A DNA stretch of 63,973 bases, the filler included, from Octopus bimaculoides (lineage: Eukaryota), in NCBI RefSeq assembly GCF_001194135.2. It is 5 parts of 5 records of this genome, joined end to end, with 100 filler letters (N's around TTAATTAATTAA, not from the genome) between each part and the next. Parts side by side here need not be neighbours in the genome. Positions count along the whole stretch, not along the records: positions 1 to 29,426 come from NC_068998.1; 4 more parts are not named here. The stretch is one strand, 5' to 3'. The notes under the pieces are model-generated. The model had not been told where the DNA came from. It did not search any database and saw only the letters and a program-made list of their open reading frames with translations. Every line of letters starts with the position of its first letter. Position 1 is the stretch's first letter. This document shows positions 1 to 12,200 of the stretch, one piece after another. Position numbers and translations under genes: made by a program.

Positions 1-56
<56 letters not shown>
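1..56. repeat. (GT)n microsatellite, one of dozens of (GT/CA)n, (TA)n, (TATC)n, (TATG)n and (GA)n tracts in the window
   Basis: Directly visible. Most N-gaps are flanked by such tracts. Confidence 0.95.
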
Positions 57-59
<3 letters not shown>

Positions 60-231
60 CGTGCGTGTTTATGTGAAACCACAGCTCTCACTTTCAAGCG
101 CATATACTTGTTCTATACTTTTCGCTGATTGTTCTAGGCTTCTGTACAGTCGCGAGCAAACACTTCCTCTCGGTGCTTCCACAAATAATCTACCTGAACA
201 TAGAGGATTTAAAAGCTTATGAGAATCTGGA

Positions 232-390
232 ATGCACTAGCAGCATTCACTTAGTATTCATTTCAGCTGAGTAAACTGGAGCAACGTGAAAGGAAGTATG
301 CTGCTCAAGGTCACTATTTGCTGCTCAGCCCAGAGTTCGAATCCATAGCCTCGTGATAATAAGCTCACACCCTAGCCACTAGGCTAAACG
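232..390 (-). mobile_element. tRNA-derived SINE, head plus part of body
   Basis: Reverse complement starts TAGCCTAGTGG (A-box-like) and later has GGATTCGAACTC (B-box-like). The body motif ggagcaacgtgaaa...gctcaag recurs in similar form at about 37450-37490. Confidence 0.6.
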
Positions 391-410
391 TTTTCACTCC
401 TATACTACTA

Positions 411-445
<35 letters not shown>

Positions 446-510
446 ACCGACACCGCGGCCGCTGCTACTGCTGCTGCAGATACTGTTGCTGTTATTATTA
501 TGATTATTGT

Positions 511-1375
511 TCAGTAGTTTTATTTTTATAACGTGCTTTCACTTCACTACCGAGCGCAGCTCTGTGCGCCTTGGGTATGTGCTGTGGTTTGCTGTGGTGC
601 TCTTATGGTTACTGTATTGAAAGTGTTTTGCGTAGGATGTGTGCAGTGCCCAGTAGTGCAATTTTCTGTATGTTATATATATTTGTAAGTCCTGGTGTTT
701 TTGTTATGTATTTGTCTGAATATTTTTTTATTATACCTAAGGCACCTACTATGATAGGAATTGTTTCTGTTTTTAGATTCCACATTCGAGTTACCTCTAT
801 TACCAAGTCTTTGTATTTTGAAAGTTTTTCCATTTCTTTTAGGGAAACGTTGTCATCTGCTGGTATTGATACNNNNNNNNNNNNNNNNNNNNNNNNNNNN
901 NNNNNNNNNNNNNNNNNNNNNNNNNNNNNNNNNNNNNNNNNNNNNNNNNNNNNNNNNNNNNNNNNNNNNNNNNNNNNNNNNNNNNNNNNNNNNNNNNNNN
1001 NNNNNNNNNNNNNNNNNNNNNNNNNNNNNNNNNNNNNNNNNNNNNNNNNNNNNNNNNNNNNNNNNNNNNNNNNNNNNNNNNNNNNNNNNNNNNNNNNNNN
1101 NNNNNNNNNNNNNNNNNNNNNNNNNNNNNNNNNNNNNNNNNNNNNNNNNNNNNNNNNNNNNNNNNNGTGTGTCTATACCATCTTTTTTCTGTTGTTATTC
1201 CATAGTGTTGGCATAGCTTCCAGTGTATATAGGTCCCAGCTCTGTCGTGTCTGTGAATATATTCCTTCTTAGCCAGGACTGGGCAGCCAGAGATAATATG
1301 ATTTATTGTTTCTTGTCTATCTCTACATATTCTACAGTTACTTGTTATGTTTCTTTTCATTATATGTTTTTGGTA

Positions 1376-1377
<2 letters not shown>
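511..1377 (-). mobile_element. R4/Dong-like RLE-type non-LTR retrotransposon, 5'-truncated 3' fragment spanning a gap
   Basis: CCHC finger CRIC...ETINHIISGC..LAKKEYIHRHD, RLE C-terminus EKLSKYKDL...IPIIVGALG...QKIALLGTAHILRK, (TAA)n at the 5' flank and AAT-rich sequence at the 3' flank. Confidence 0.85.

Positions 1378-1437
<60 letters not shown>
1378..1437. repeat. (TTA)20 microsatellite at the 5' junction of the R4-like fragment
   Basis: Directly visible. Confidence 0.95.
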
Positions 1438-1439
<2 letters not shown>

Positions 1440-1584
1440 TTCATATACACACAACAGATTAGACTGTTGGAAAAGAAAAAATCCTAACATAAAGCTACAA
1501 CAAGTAACATTATATGTCAGGAACCCTCTTAAGTGTCCTAGTTGTCCCTAATAACAATATTATTATTAATATTATTATTATTGG

Positions 1585-1790
1585 TTTGACTCAGGTTCGA
1601 TCTTATTTCTGGTAGGATTCATGTGGGTAGCGGGTTACGACCAGTAACCTTAAGCATCCACAAACCTTCAGTAGACTTTCAAGTGCTTAGAATCCTCCTG
1701 ATAATCCTTGCTGTTCATAAGAGACAAACTATTTGTAGGAGCTCCACAGGGCATTCTATTCCGATTACCTGTAGCCATTTGTCTATACCT
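1585..1790 (-). mobile_element. Short 3' end of a second R4/Dong-like LINE
   Basis: Minus strand reads GIDKWLQVIGIECPVELLQIVCLL*TARIIRRILST*, then a short UTR and (AAT)n. Similar to the 3' end at 16720-16900. Confidence 0.65.
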
Positions 1791-1955
1791 CTGCGGAATT
1801 TGAACTCAGAACGTAGCGGTAGACGAAATACCGCTAAGCATTTCGCCCGGCGCGCTAACGATTCTGCCAGCTCGCCGCCTTTTCTTTATTGCCCACAAGG
1901 GGCTAAACGTAAAGGAGACAAACAAGGACAGACAAAGGGATTAAGTCGATTATCA
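1791..1955 (-). mobile_element. tRNA-derived SINE pieces: head (1791-1879) and the 3' tail of an adjacent copy (1880-1955)
   Basis: Head ggcggcgagctggcagaatcgttagc...gttctgagttcaaatt recurs at about 15.7, 23.5, 50.4 and 55.0 kb. Tail ends ...gccccttgtgggcaataaagaaa. Confidence 0.75.
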
Positions 1956-2629
1956 TTTCCTTTTTGCTTTGTTTTGTTTTTCTACCTTTCCTTTTTTAAT
2001 TGTTTTTATGCTGTGACACCATTGTCTTTAATTATTTTTTCGACTGTGATACATTGAGAACGTTAGCGGCTTTCAGAATGCCCTTTCTCCATAAATGTTC
2101 TCTGCAACATGTTTTTTTTCTTTCTCTCACTCTATTCTGTTGCAGAATATTATTAAGGATATATTCAAATCCATCTTGATTTTATCGAGGAAATAATAGA
2201 TTTCGAAGTTGTGAAAGAAAACAACAAAGGGAGTCGAAAAATCCGACACATCAATTGAAGTGTTGTTACGTAAAAACAACTAAATCGTCAAAGCAGTTGG
2301 GGATGTACTCTCTGTAATAGTCTAAGAGTATTACGTAATCAAGTACACAAACGGTTAGGAAAAATGGGGATCCATTTAGATGGTTCCAGAAAATTTCGAA
2401 TTGATCTCCGATTCGATCAAACTGCGAAATCGTTCTCAGTTGTCTGTGACGAGGGGGGAGGACAGAAAGTTAAGGTGCCATATATATATATGGTACCGCA
2501 AATCAACTAAGAGCTTCCTGTCAATAGCTCAGGGCGAAAATAAGACGCCGCCTCAAGTGCTACAGACATACACAACAGCAGCAGCAGTAGCAGCATCAAC
2601 AGCACCACCAACCACCACCACCAACTACC

Positions 2630-2661
<32 letters not shown>

Positions 2662-3782
2662 CAACAGCGATTGCAAAAGCAGCAGCAGAGACTCAAAAGC
2701 AACAGTAGGCTGCAAAAACAGCAACAGTAGCTGTATAGATTAATAAAGATATCCTACAACGTAATGTATTTGATAACCTCAGCTACTAAACAGGGCAAAA
2801 TAACTTCCAAACATTAAAAAAAAAAAAAACAAGAAAACAACGGTATAACGAACATGCAAAAAATGTTACATTAACACCGAAACTCCCCCTAAATCATTAG
2901 AAAATATGCATACTACACCAGCTGGGATATCTCTAACTATAGTTACAAGACAACTCCTGTCATCGAGAATAAAATAACGGAAGTAGCAAAATGATTGGTC
3001 GATTAAGTACTTCCGTATTTTCTACAAACTTTACACTGGGTTTAGCAACCACTTCCCCTTTATCTAACATAGGAATAAAATATTCTTAACTTGGAGGTAA
3101 ACCCTGCCTAGAATATACTGAGCGTATGTTTTCATAATATTTGGAATGATCCCATAATAGTTTGAAAGAGCTAGCTTATCAGGGACCTGGAAGAGAGAAG
3201 AAATGCTTCCATATTAAAAAAAAATCAAAGTCACTCCCGAGGCATAAGGCTCATAATGTCGGTTTCCCGGATTCTGTGGAAAACTGCTGCGGAGGATTCC
3301 AAGTTTTTCGAATTGATTCATTGAAATACAAAATGTGGTTAGGATAGTGGCGTGTCATTCTGCTGTCATAATCATTATTACTGTATCTATTCCAAATTTT
3401 CAATTACTTGTAAAATATTCAGTGCAAGATGTTTGAGAATCTGGGATTATTTTGTCACGTTAGAAAACATTTTGAAACACTGAAAATAACAACATTCGCA
3501 GAAATTTTCTGTTGTTTGTGTTATGACTCTTATCCTTCGTCATATCCATATAAAAGATGCTTTAAAAATATTATAAACCAGTGTTTTCCAACTATTTCTT
3601 CATGGATGAATGAAAATTTCCTCTTGAAATTTCTTGAGCAAATAGTTTGATACCTGTTATTTCTATTTTTGTATTGCCGATAAACTTGAGAAAGCTTAAG
3701 TTATTTTTGCCTTCAACTAATTATCAATAAATATGTTTGGCTTATGGAATTGAACTTTGTGACACGACGTGTTTCACACATG

Positions 3783-4205
3783 TACAGATCAACCGTCTTC
3801 ACGATCGCATTAAAGATCCTAAATTTTGTATTTCTTGTCAGATGGTTCTGAGCATCCTGAAGACAGCTGTGATTTTCCCAGTCCTTGTTTTCACGTCCTG
3901 ATCTATTCCGCCTTCCTTAATGATGACACTTCCCATGGATGTTACGTTCATTGCGGTGACCTTCTCCTCCATATCAGTGCATTGCCGGGAGAGAACGATA
4001 ATGTCCTCAGTGAAATCAATATCTTCTACATAAACCTGTTTCCATCATAAGAAGGCAAGCCCTCCGATGGATATCGAATGGGAGAAAGAAGGATGGCAGA
4101 CCAAAAACAATACCGAAAAAGTTCACAGAAACTGAAGCACTAGCAGACGGCTACATCTGGAGACAATTGCAATCCATTGTCACAATGCGCCTCCACCATC
4201 ATTAG
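3783..4205. mobile_element. RTE-clade LINE fragment with an inverted 5' segment
   Basis: 3783-4050 (-) reads EDIDFTEDIIVLS...GSVIIKEGGIDQDVKTR...KFRIFNAIVKTV (degenerate RTE RT). 4051-4205 (+) reads IRRQALRW..GRKKDGRPKT..GYIWRQL (RTE C-terminus). Confidence 0.65.
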
Positions 4206-6984
4206 ACATCTTTTGTTCCTTCGTGTTTTAGAGAACAGGCCTTAGCTCTGATAATGTGTCCGTATTTCATACTGAAGAAACTGTCAAGCACCATTCTCAC
4301 TGCTAGCACGTTGATCACGATGCCATTAGCACATTGATCGCGATGCCTCTTCTAGGTTGCTAACAGGCGTTTTTCTCCAATGTATTTCTCTCTATCGCGA
4401 GTTCTCTAAAGATTCTACTTTAATCACTTTATTCAGGGTGAGCCACCACCACTTGTTGATAACTGTTCCTTTCAACTGCTACTTAACAGATTCACTAATC
4501 GGGCTCTATAATTTTTGCTCACCGTTAAGGGTACATGGTCCTATCTGAGTTGACCGAGCAGCTCACAAATTAGTGGTCAATTTAAACTGTGGCTATCATA
4601 CACTATTCTTACCGGGTGTTCAGACAAATACTCTATCTAGGTACGATCTGAATAATTCATACGGGAAATCTAGTCGGGATATGTTTGTTGGCCTTTGAAC
4701 AACAACAGGAAAATGCATTTGTTCTTAATATTCAGCGTCAGTCTGTGCGGTTCCTTGGTTGGTCCCACAGAGAGTTCCTCCTGCATTGACATTATCATCT
4801 TTCATTATTTGTACACCATATATATTCAGATTACATGCCTTTTGTTGTTGAATGTTCCCCCTTTTTTTGTTCGAATTTCTGTGTAAACAAACACATTTTA
4901 TATCTGTCTATCTGTCTGTCTATCTTCTTCTCTTCCTACTTCTCCTCTTCCTCCTTCCTTCTCCTCTTCCTCCTTCCTCCTTCCTCCTCTTCTTCCTTCT
5001 CCTCTTCCTCCTCTTCCCCTACCTCCTTCTCTTCCCCGCTTCCTCCTCCACCTCTATCACTACCTCTTCTCCCACCCCGCCTCCTTCTTTCTTCACACCA
5101 TCTTATATTCTGAGCTTCTCAAATTGTTATCTTGAGCGCCGCAAGAGTTGGATCTACTGAGTGGGATTCAAGTCGAAAACTTTATTTTACATGAGACAAC
5201 TACAGAAGAAAGGTATCTATTTAAGTTTTGCATCAATTTTCTTCGTTGTTTGAGAAAAAAAAAAAGACATTACTTAGGTGTGATAATAGTTACTTCATTT
5301 GTAATATGAAAACAATAGCTTCTTCGTTCGAGAAACGCTCCGAAAATTTCAGCAAACATAATGAGAGAGAAAGGTGGGGGTTTGAAATAGAACGCTTTGC
5401 AGCAGAATGCAAACACTGTTGCAACTCACTTTGCCATAACAACATAGATGTTAGAACATATTGAAGGCGGAGAATAGTAGAAACGAAGACAGCTTTTTAG
5501 GCGTAGTTTACAATTAGAAAATATTAGATATGGATCAAATTTTTTTGGTAAGAAAGTGTGACAGCGGTGTGTCACAAAAGAATCTGTTTAAGAATGGTGA
5601 TACATCACTGAATCGCACATAAATACAGGGCTTTCTGTGAAAGAGGCCCTGTTTCTGCAGTAATCGTTTCTTCCTTTGATTAACACATACTAGAATATTC
5701 GGCTCTTTACGTTTTGAGTTCAAATGCCGCCGAGGTCGACTGTGCAAAAACCAACCTAGAAAAGTTAGCGGGCTTGCAGATAGACACACAGAGAAGCAAG
5801 CCATGATGCCCAACAGCGATGGCCGGCATGGACTTGACATTCTAGGCGCAGAGGAGCACTGGAGGACAGAACTGTTGTCTGGTTTGTTTCTTTCATCTGT
5901 TGGCATCACCCAGTTTTTTCTTCTTTTTGACTTGAATTGTTTTCGCTTCTTTTTTTTCTTCTTGCTTGCTTCTTATTGCCATTTGCTTTCTTTTCCGTCA
6001 CCTTCGCAACACATGTTTGGGTTCTTCCATTTGCTGCAACCATCCAGCACATGTTTACTTCCGGGAGTAAATCTTTATCCTAACTACCCTACGGCCAAAT
6101 TAGATTTGTATGAGGACCATCTTGTCATTCTATAGTATTGTGGAGTGCGTCCTGGACTAATCCACTGTATTGAATCTCACTTCTACCGTGCCTCTCAGCT
6201 ACGCATGTTTTTGTGCCCCAGAATAGCCCCGAGATACTTTACTATTTACTGTTTTGTCGCTTGCTTTGTTGTTGGGTATTCTAATTTCTATTATTCTTAA
6301 AGCTACAGTTTTCCAGACTGGTTTCTTATTGAACGGATTCCGAAATGTTTAATCCTACTTTTCGGCCAGACCACGAAAGGAGGACTTCAGCATTTAAAAA
6401 AATTCTTGAGACGTTAATATCAGTACTTCCTCCTGTCGCAAGATGTTTGCAAGCTCGGCGAATTTGGATTTGTTAATTTTGGTGTCTTGATTATAATTTG
6501 TGTTGCTGTTAATAGCGATGGTGGTGGTGGTGACTACGGATGTCCAATTTTCAGGTATGTTGAAGCGACAGTTTGGTTTTTCTTCTTTCTTTTATTTTTT
6601 TATGCTCATTGTTGTTGTTTCGGTCGGCAATAAGGGAAGTGTTAGCTTTCGTGTGCTTTTTCATTTGTGAAGTTTACGTCGGTGTTGTTGTCTCTGTTAA
6701 CAGGTAGTAGTGGAAATTATAATGTATTGGCTGTTGGAACATCTAACTTCCCTTGGATATGTGAAAAACTTTTAAAAATATCTATTGAATATGCTACTTC
6801 ACTAAAAAGTTCAAAACTTCGTCCTGAAGGGGCAATAATTTCGCAAAGTCAACAAGCTTCAGAGAGGTTAGTTTAATTAATAACAAAATGGTGCAGAAAA
6901 ATCAAAAATTACTTTCTTAGTGACAAAATTCAGTAATAACTTACGAGCTCCAAAACAACGTCTTTCACTTGCAAACAACAATAA

Positions 6985-8160
6985 TAATTTATTCTTTTCT
7001 TAGCCACAAGAGCTTTCATAAAACAATATTAAATGATATGACACAACATAAAAGACGACACAAGACGATACAAAGGGTTTTATAGCGTGTAAACATTAGA
7101 AAATAATGAAAAATTAAACAACATACATCTCCCAATAGAGAGAGGCGCTTTAAGATTCCTCGTAGAAAACTCCACAAAAGCCACGGGTGCCTGATAAACA
7201 GGGTAAGAGCCCTTCTCCTTTTATATCTTCACAGGCATATGCTCCGAATTGGTTTTTTCACATTGGCCATTCTTCCAACATTTACCCACCTTTCGACAAA
7301 CTTGCTAGAAGTCAACACTTCCCTCTCCACTCTCACTTTCCTATTCAAGTGAAACTTGAAGAAGTTGATGAGGGCTTGGTTAAAGAGGAAAGTGTCTGAC
7401 TTTAGCCCTTTCAAACGAGTTCACCATACTACCTCTTTCGATACAGCCACCAGACAAATAAAAACTGACTGCCCCTCCCGGCCAAAGGATTGCAGTGGGA
7501 CAGTCTTCACTATGGATTCAGCTGATAGCCGGATCCGTCCAACACGCGACAGCAGATATTCGACATAAACCCACAGGTCAGCAATGCTCGGGCACTGGAT
7601 GAGGGCGTGCAGAACGGTTCCGTCACTTTGCACGCCCCTCAGTAGCACTGCCAGGCAAGGGATTTCTGGAAGTTGTCCATAGGCCCAGGCCCAAAATTTC
7701 TCCGAAACAGACCAGTTAGTTGATCCTAGTCGACGCCTAGAGTTTCTCCGAGAACGTCCCCTCCACTAGCCCTCTATAGAACGCTAGAGTGTACTTACCA
7801 CCGAGCGCATTGCCCGCCTGGTGGAGAGCTGTGAGCGCTTGACGGCACTCGAGGTGCCAAGCGCCCCTCCTCGGTGTTCACCTAATCTAGAATTGCAGCT
7901 CAGTCAAAGAGACGAGCTGTGGAAAAGTGAGTCTGACAATCGGCGACCACACCTGCTCACCGTCAAGGAAACGCTGGAGATGCCATAGCCTGAGTGCATG
8001 TCTGCGCATTAGCAACCACGGCATTCCTACATGCAACAATTGTATTGTTGGCACTCTGTCGCTTACGACGTCGAGAGTTCCAGTTGATCCGATCAACGGA
8101 ACAGCCTGCTCGTGAAATTAACGTGAAAGTGGCTGAGTACTCCACAGACACGTGTACTCT
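6985..8160 (-). mobile_element. Tx1/L1-like LINE, 3' fragment (ORF2 C-terminus plus 3' UTR)
   Basis: C-terminal Cys/His region TVLHALIQCPSIADLW...KVRVEREVL...FVERW, and a 3' UTR ending AATAAA near 6990. Homologous to 9340-10060. Confidence 0.8.
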
Positions 8161-8164
8161 TAAC

Positions 8165-8289
8165 GTAGTTCACGGGGATATTCAGCGTGATACAATGTGA
8201 CAAGGCTGACCCTTTGAATTACAAGCACAACAGAAACAGGAAGTAAGAGTGAGAGAAAGTTGTGGTGAAAGAGTACAGCAGGGTTCGCC
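8165..8289 (+). mobile_element. Short interspersed-repeat (SINE-like) fragment running into a gap
   Basis: gtgacaaggctgaccctttgaattac...gaaagagtacagcagg interrupts the LINE homology. Family identity is from recall of cephalopod repeats only. Confidence 0.4.
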
Positions 8290-9278
8290 NNNNNNNNNNN
8301 NNNNNNNNNNNNNNNNNNNNNNNNNNNNNNNNNNNNNNNNNNNNNNNNNNNNNNNNNNNNNNNNNNNNNNNNNNNNNNNNNNNNNNNNNNNNNNNNNNNN
8401 NNNNNNNNNNNNNNNNNNNNNNNNNNNNNNNNNNNNNNNNNNNNNNNNNNNNNNNNNNNNNNNNNNNNNNNNNNNNNNNNNNNNNNNNNNNNNNNNNNNN
8501 NNNNNNNNNNNNNNNNNNNNNNNNNNNNNNNNNNNNNNNNNNNNNNNNNNNNNNNNNNNNNNNNNNNNNNNNNNNNNNNNNNNNNNNNNNNNNNNNNNNN
8601 NNNNNNNNNNNNNNNNNNNNNNNNNNNNNNNNNNNNNNNNNNNNNNNNNNNNNNNNNNNNNNNNNNNNNNNNNNNNNNNNNNNNNNNNNNNNNNNNNNNN
8701 NNNNNNNNNNNNNNNNNNNNNNNNNNNNNNNNNNNNNNNNNNNNNNNNNNNNNNNNNNNNNNNNNNNNNNNNNNNNNNNNNNNNNNNNNNNNNNNNNNNN
8801 NNNNNNNNNNNNNNNNNNNNNNNNNNNNNNNNNNNNNNNNNNNNNNNNNNNNNNNNNNNNNNNNNNNNNNNNNNNNNNNNNNNNNNNNNNNNNNNNNNNN
8901 NNNNNNNNNNNNNNNNNNNNNNNNNNNNNNNNNNNNNNNNNNNNNNNNNNNNNNNNNNNNNNNNNNNNNNNNNNNNNNNNNNNNNNNNNNNNNNNNNNNN
9001 NNNNNNNNNNNNNNNNNNNNNNNNNNNNNNNNNNNNNNNNNNNNNNNNNNNNNNNNNNNNNNNNNNNNNNNNNNNNNNNNNNNNNNNNNNNNNNNNNNNN
9101 NNNNNNNNNNNNNNNNNNNNNNNNNNNNNNNNNNNNNNNNNNNNNNNNNNNNNNNNNNNNNNNNNNNNNNNNNNNNNNNNNNNNNNNNNNNNNNNNNNNN
9201 NNNNNNNNNNNNNNNNNNNNNNNNNNNNNNNNNNNNNNNNNNNNNNNNNNNNNNNNNNNNNNNNNNNNNNNNNNNNNN

Positions 9279-12200
9279 GTGTCAAGCGCCCTGCCTCGGT
9301 CTATGCCTGATCCAGGACTATAACTCCGTCAAGGAGGCAAGCTGCTGAAAAGTGCGTTCAACAAACGGCGACCACACTTAAGGTATCGCTGGAGATGTAG
9401 TAGCCTCGGTGAAGAGGAGTAATCATCATTATGAACTCGGCTGGCAGATGGATCCGTCCTACACACGACAGCATCTATTCGACATAACTTTACAAGTCAT
9501 CAATGCCCGGACACAGAACGAGTGCATGCAGAATGGTTTCGTCGCTCTGCGAGCACCTCGGACAAGCCCATCTGTCAGCACATCCATGCCTGTAGAGTTT
9601 ATCTCGAACCGGGAACGCACCCCAGTAGCACTGCCAGGTCAAAGACATCTGGAAATTATCCATAACAGTGCCAGTCCAGAAAGTCCTCCGGAATAGATTT
9701 GCCAGTTCATCTTCGTCGACGCCTAGGATCTCCTCGAGGACGTCGTCGCACTTACCCGCTATTAATCCTCTGTAAATATCGAAAGTGGAACATCCACCGA
9801 TCTTATTGCCCGACTTGTAGAGGACAGTGAGCGTTTGACAACATTCTAAGTGCTAGGCGCCCAGTTTCGGCCTATCCTTTACCCAGAATTGCAGCTCTGT
9901 CAAGAAGACGAGCTGCGGAAAGGTGTGTCTCACAAACGGAGCCCCCACACATTCACCTTCTAGAAATCGCTGCAGGTGACGCAACCTGAATGCGTGTCTG
10001 CGCATTTAAAGCAACGGCATGCCTAAACCGCCACGCAGAGCAAGTTGGCAGCAGACCGACCACCTACCTGATCATTGGAACGCATCCCTTCCAAAAGAAA
10101 TTAAACAGGAAACGCTCTAATCTAATCAAGCAGTAACTGGAACACGGCACGATGGTCTGACGATATATAATAACAGAGGCGATGTAGGCATTCGCCACCT
10201 CTGCCCAACCTTTCAGGGACAACTTTCTCTCTGCCCATTTCTGGGTAAGAGAGGTCACCCTGTTCGTCACCTCTTCCCAATTCTTATCCACCTAGAGGTC
10301 GGGATCAAACCAAACCCCGTGCAGTTTAACTGGTCCAACAGTCCAGCGTCCGACGATATCGTCCGACGGCATCGATCTGCCTCTCCAGGTTCCCAGTCGC
10401 AATCCCACCGACTTGTCGTCATTGATTTTAGCCCCTACAACCGACTCATATTTCTTTACAATGGAGCCGACCGTCTCCACTTCGGAGACGTCCGACATCA
10501 TGACGGTGACGTTGTCCGCGTATGCAGACATTGCCCTCCCGACTCCAATTTCGAAAGAGAGGTCTCTTGACTCTTCCAACTTTCGCAGCAGTTGCTCGAG
10601 AGCCAGCAAATACAGAAGAGGTGACATCGGGCAGCCCTGGTGGACCGAACATACGATACTAAACGGCTCCGATAGGTGGACATTTGATTTGACCACCGAG
10701 CAAGGTGCCGCTGTGCATTGCAGCAATCCAGCCTCTGAAAACAGCTCCGAAACCGGCCGCTTTAAGTAGCGATAGTCTATCCTGTCGAAAGCTTTCAACT
10801 GATCTAAATTGACCAGGGCCCTACCGAAGCCAGGTTTAGTCCAAACCTCTCTACGATGTATCACATGGAGGTTGTCGTGGATAGACCTGTTTGGGATTGC
10901 GCACGCTTGTGCCTCTCCGACCAGACTTCCAACGTCAAGCACCAATCTTTCTGCTAACACCTTGGCCAAAATCTTTAACTTTGTGTTTAGCAGAGCTATG
11001 GGCTGAAAATTCCCTAGCACGTCGCCATTGTCTGCGTCCTCTCTTAGCAGCGTTACCACACTCCGGCTAACATCATTAGGAATTCTCCCGTTTTGATGCC
11101 AGTTACTGTAGCCGTCTGCCAAGAGGCTGTCAAACACATCTAGCATGAATACAGATAATTCGTAGAGCAGACCATCGAAACCGTGCGATTTGCGACTTGT
11201 GCAATCGCTCATCGCCTCCCAGATTTCATTGGCTGTAATTGGCTTTTTGACATATCTTGTGACCGTTACCGAAAGCTGTGGTAGGCCATCTAGATACGAA
11301 GTAAAGTCCGCTGCCGTCGTCGACCCAACAGTTTCCCCAAATAGCCGTGCAAACTGCTGCTGTAAAGCCGCACACATCTGCTCGGAACCGAATAACACGT
11401 ACTAGTCCTGATCCGTCAAAGACCTGATCCGTCAAAAACCTGATCGTGGTTTTGTTTTCAGGTCGCGTTCCTATTGTTCGGGCCCATCGAACGACTTTAG
11501 TTCCTTCGTGTTTTAGCGCACTGGCCAAAACTCCCTTTGTGTTTCGCCTCAAAGAAATGGCCAAGGGCCATTCTCGCCGCTAACATGTCGTTCGCGATGC
11601 CTTTACTAATAACCTCTTCTAGTTTGCTAACTAGTTTTCCCTCTAATCTATTTCTATCTATTGCTAAATCTTTACTAAACGCTATCGATTCCACTCTACT
11701 CGCTCTCTTCAGACCGATACACCACCGGTTGTTGACGACTGCTCCGTCAACTGCCGCGTAACTTGTTCCCTAATCCGGTCCCTGTAGTCTTTGCGAGACA
11801 GTAAGGACGCATTCAACTTCCGGTAACCGGGTCCCTATCTACGGGTCCTATCTAAATTGACTGAGTATATCACAAATTTGTGATCTGTGTCGTCGAATAA
11901 TTTAAATTGTGAAAACCTATGCTATCCTCTGACCTAACAAATACTCAATCGAAATACGATCTGGATGACCCACTGTGGTTGCTCCATGTCCACACTGGTA
12001 CACGAGGGTAATCCAGTCGGCACCTGTCAGAAAGCATCCACTTCTGCTATGTACTATACCCACACTATCTTTTAAGTGTGTCACAGATCCACGTGTATGG
12101 CATCGTGGCTTTCTACCTTCCACTAACACTGGCAGGTGAGTACCGTCCGGGAGATCGATTAGATAGGACAACTGGTCGATATGGTCTTGCTTACATTGTA

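Noticed and set aside
2380-2730. ORF with poly-T/H/Q tracts resembling a transcription-factor low-complexity region
   Set aside because: It derives from a compound (CAG/CAC/CAA) microsatellite. No domain or splice support.
5760-6560. Possible 5' part of another LINE on the minus strand (LCA*NVKSM resembles an APE start)
   Set aside because: One short degenerate motif, too weak to call.
8182-9323. Long ORFs made mostly of X (also at 27.7, 35-36, 49.5, 53.8 and 62-63 kb)
   Set aside because: They only span N-gaps.
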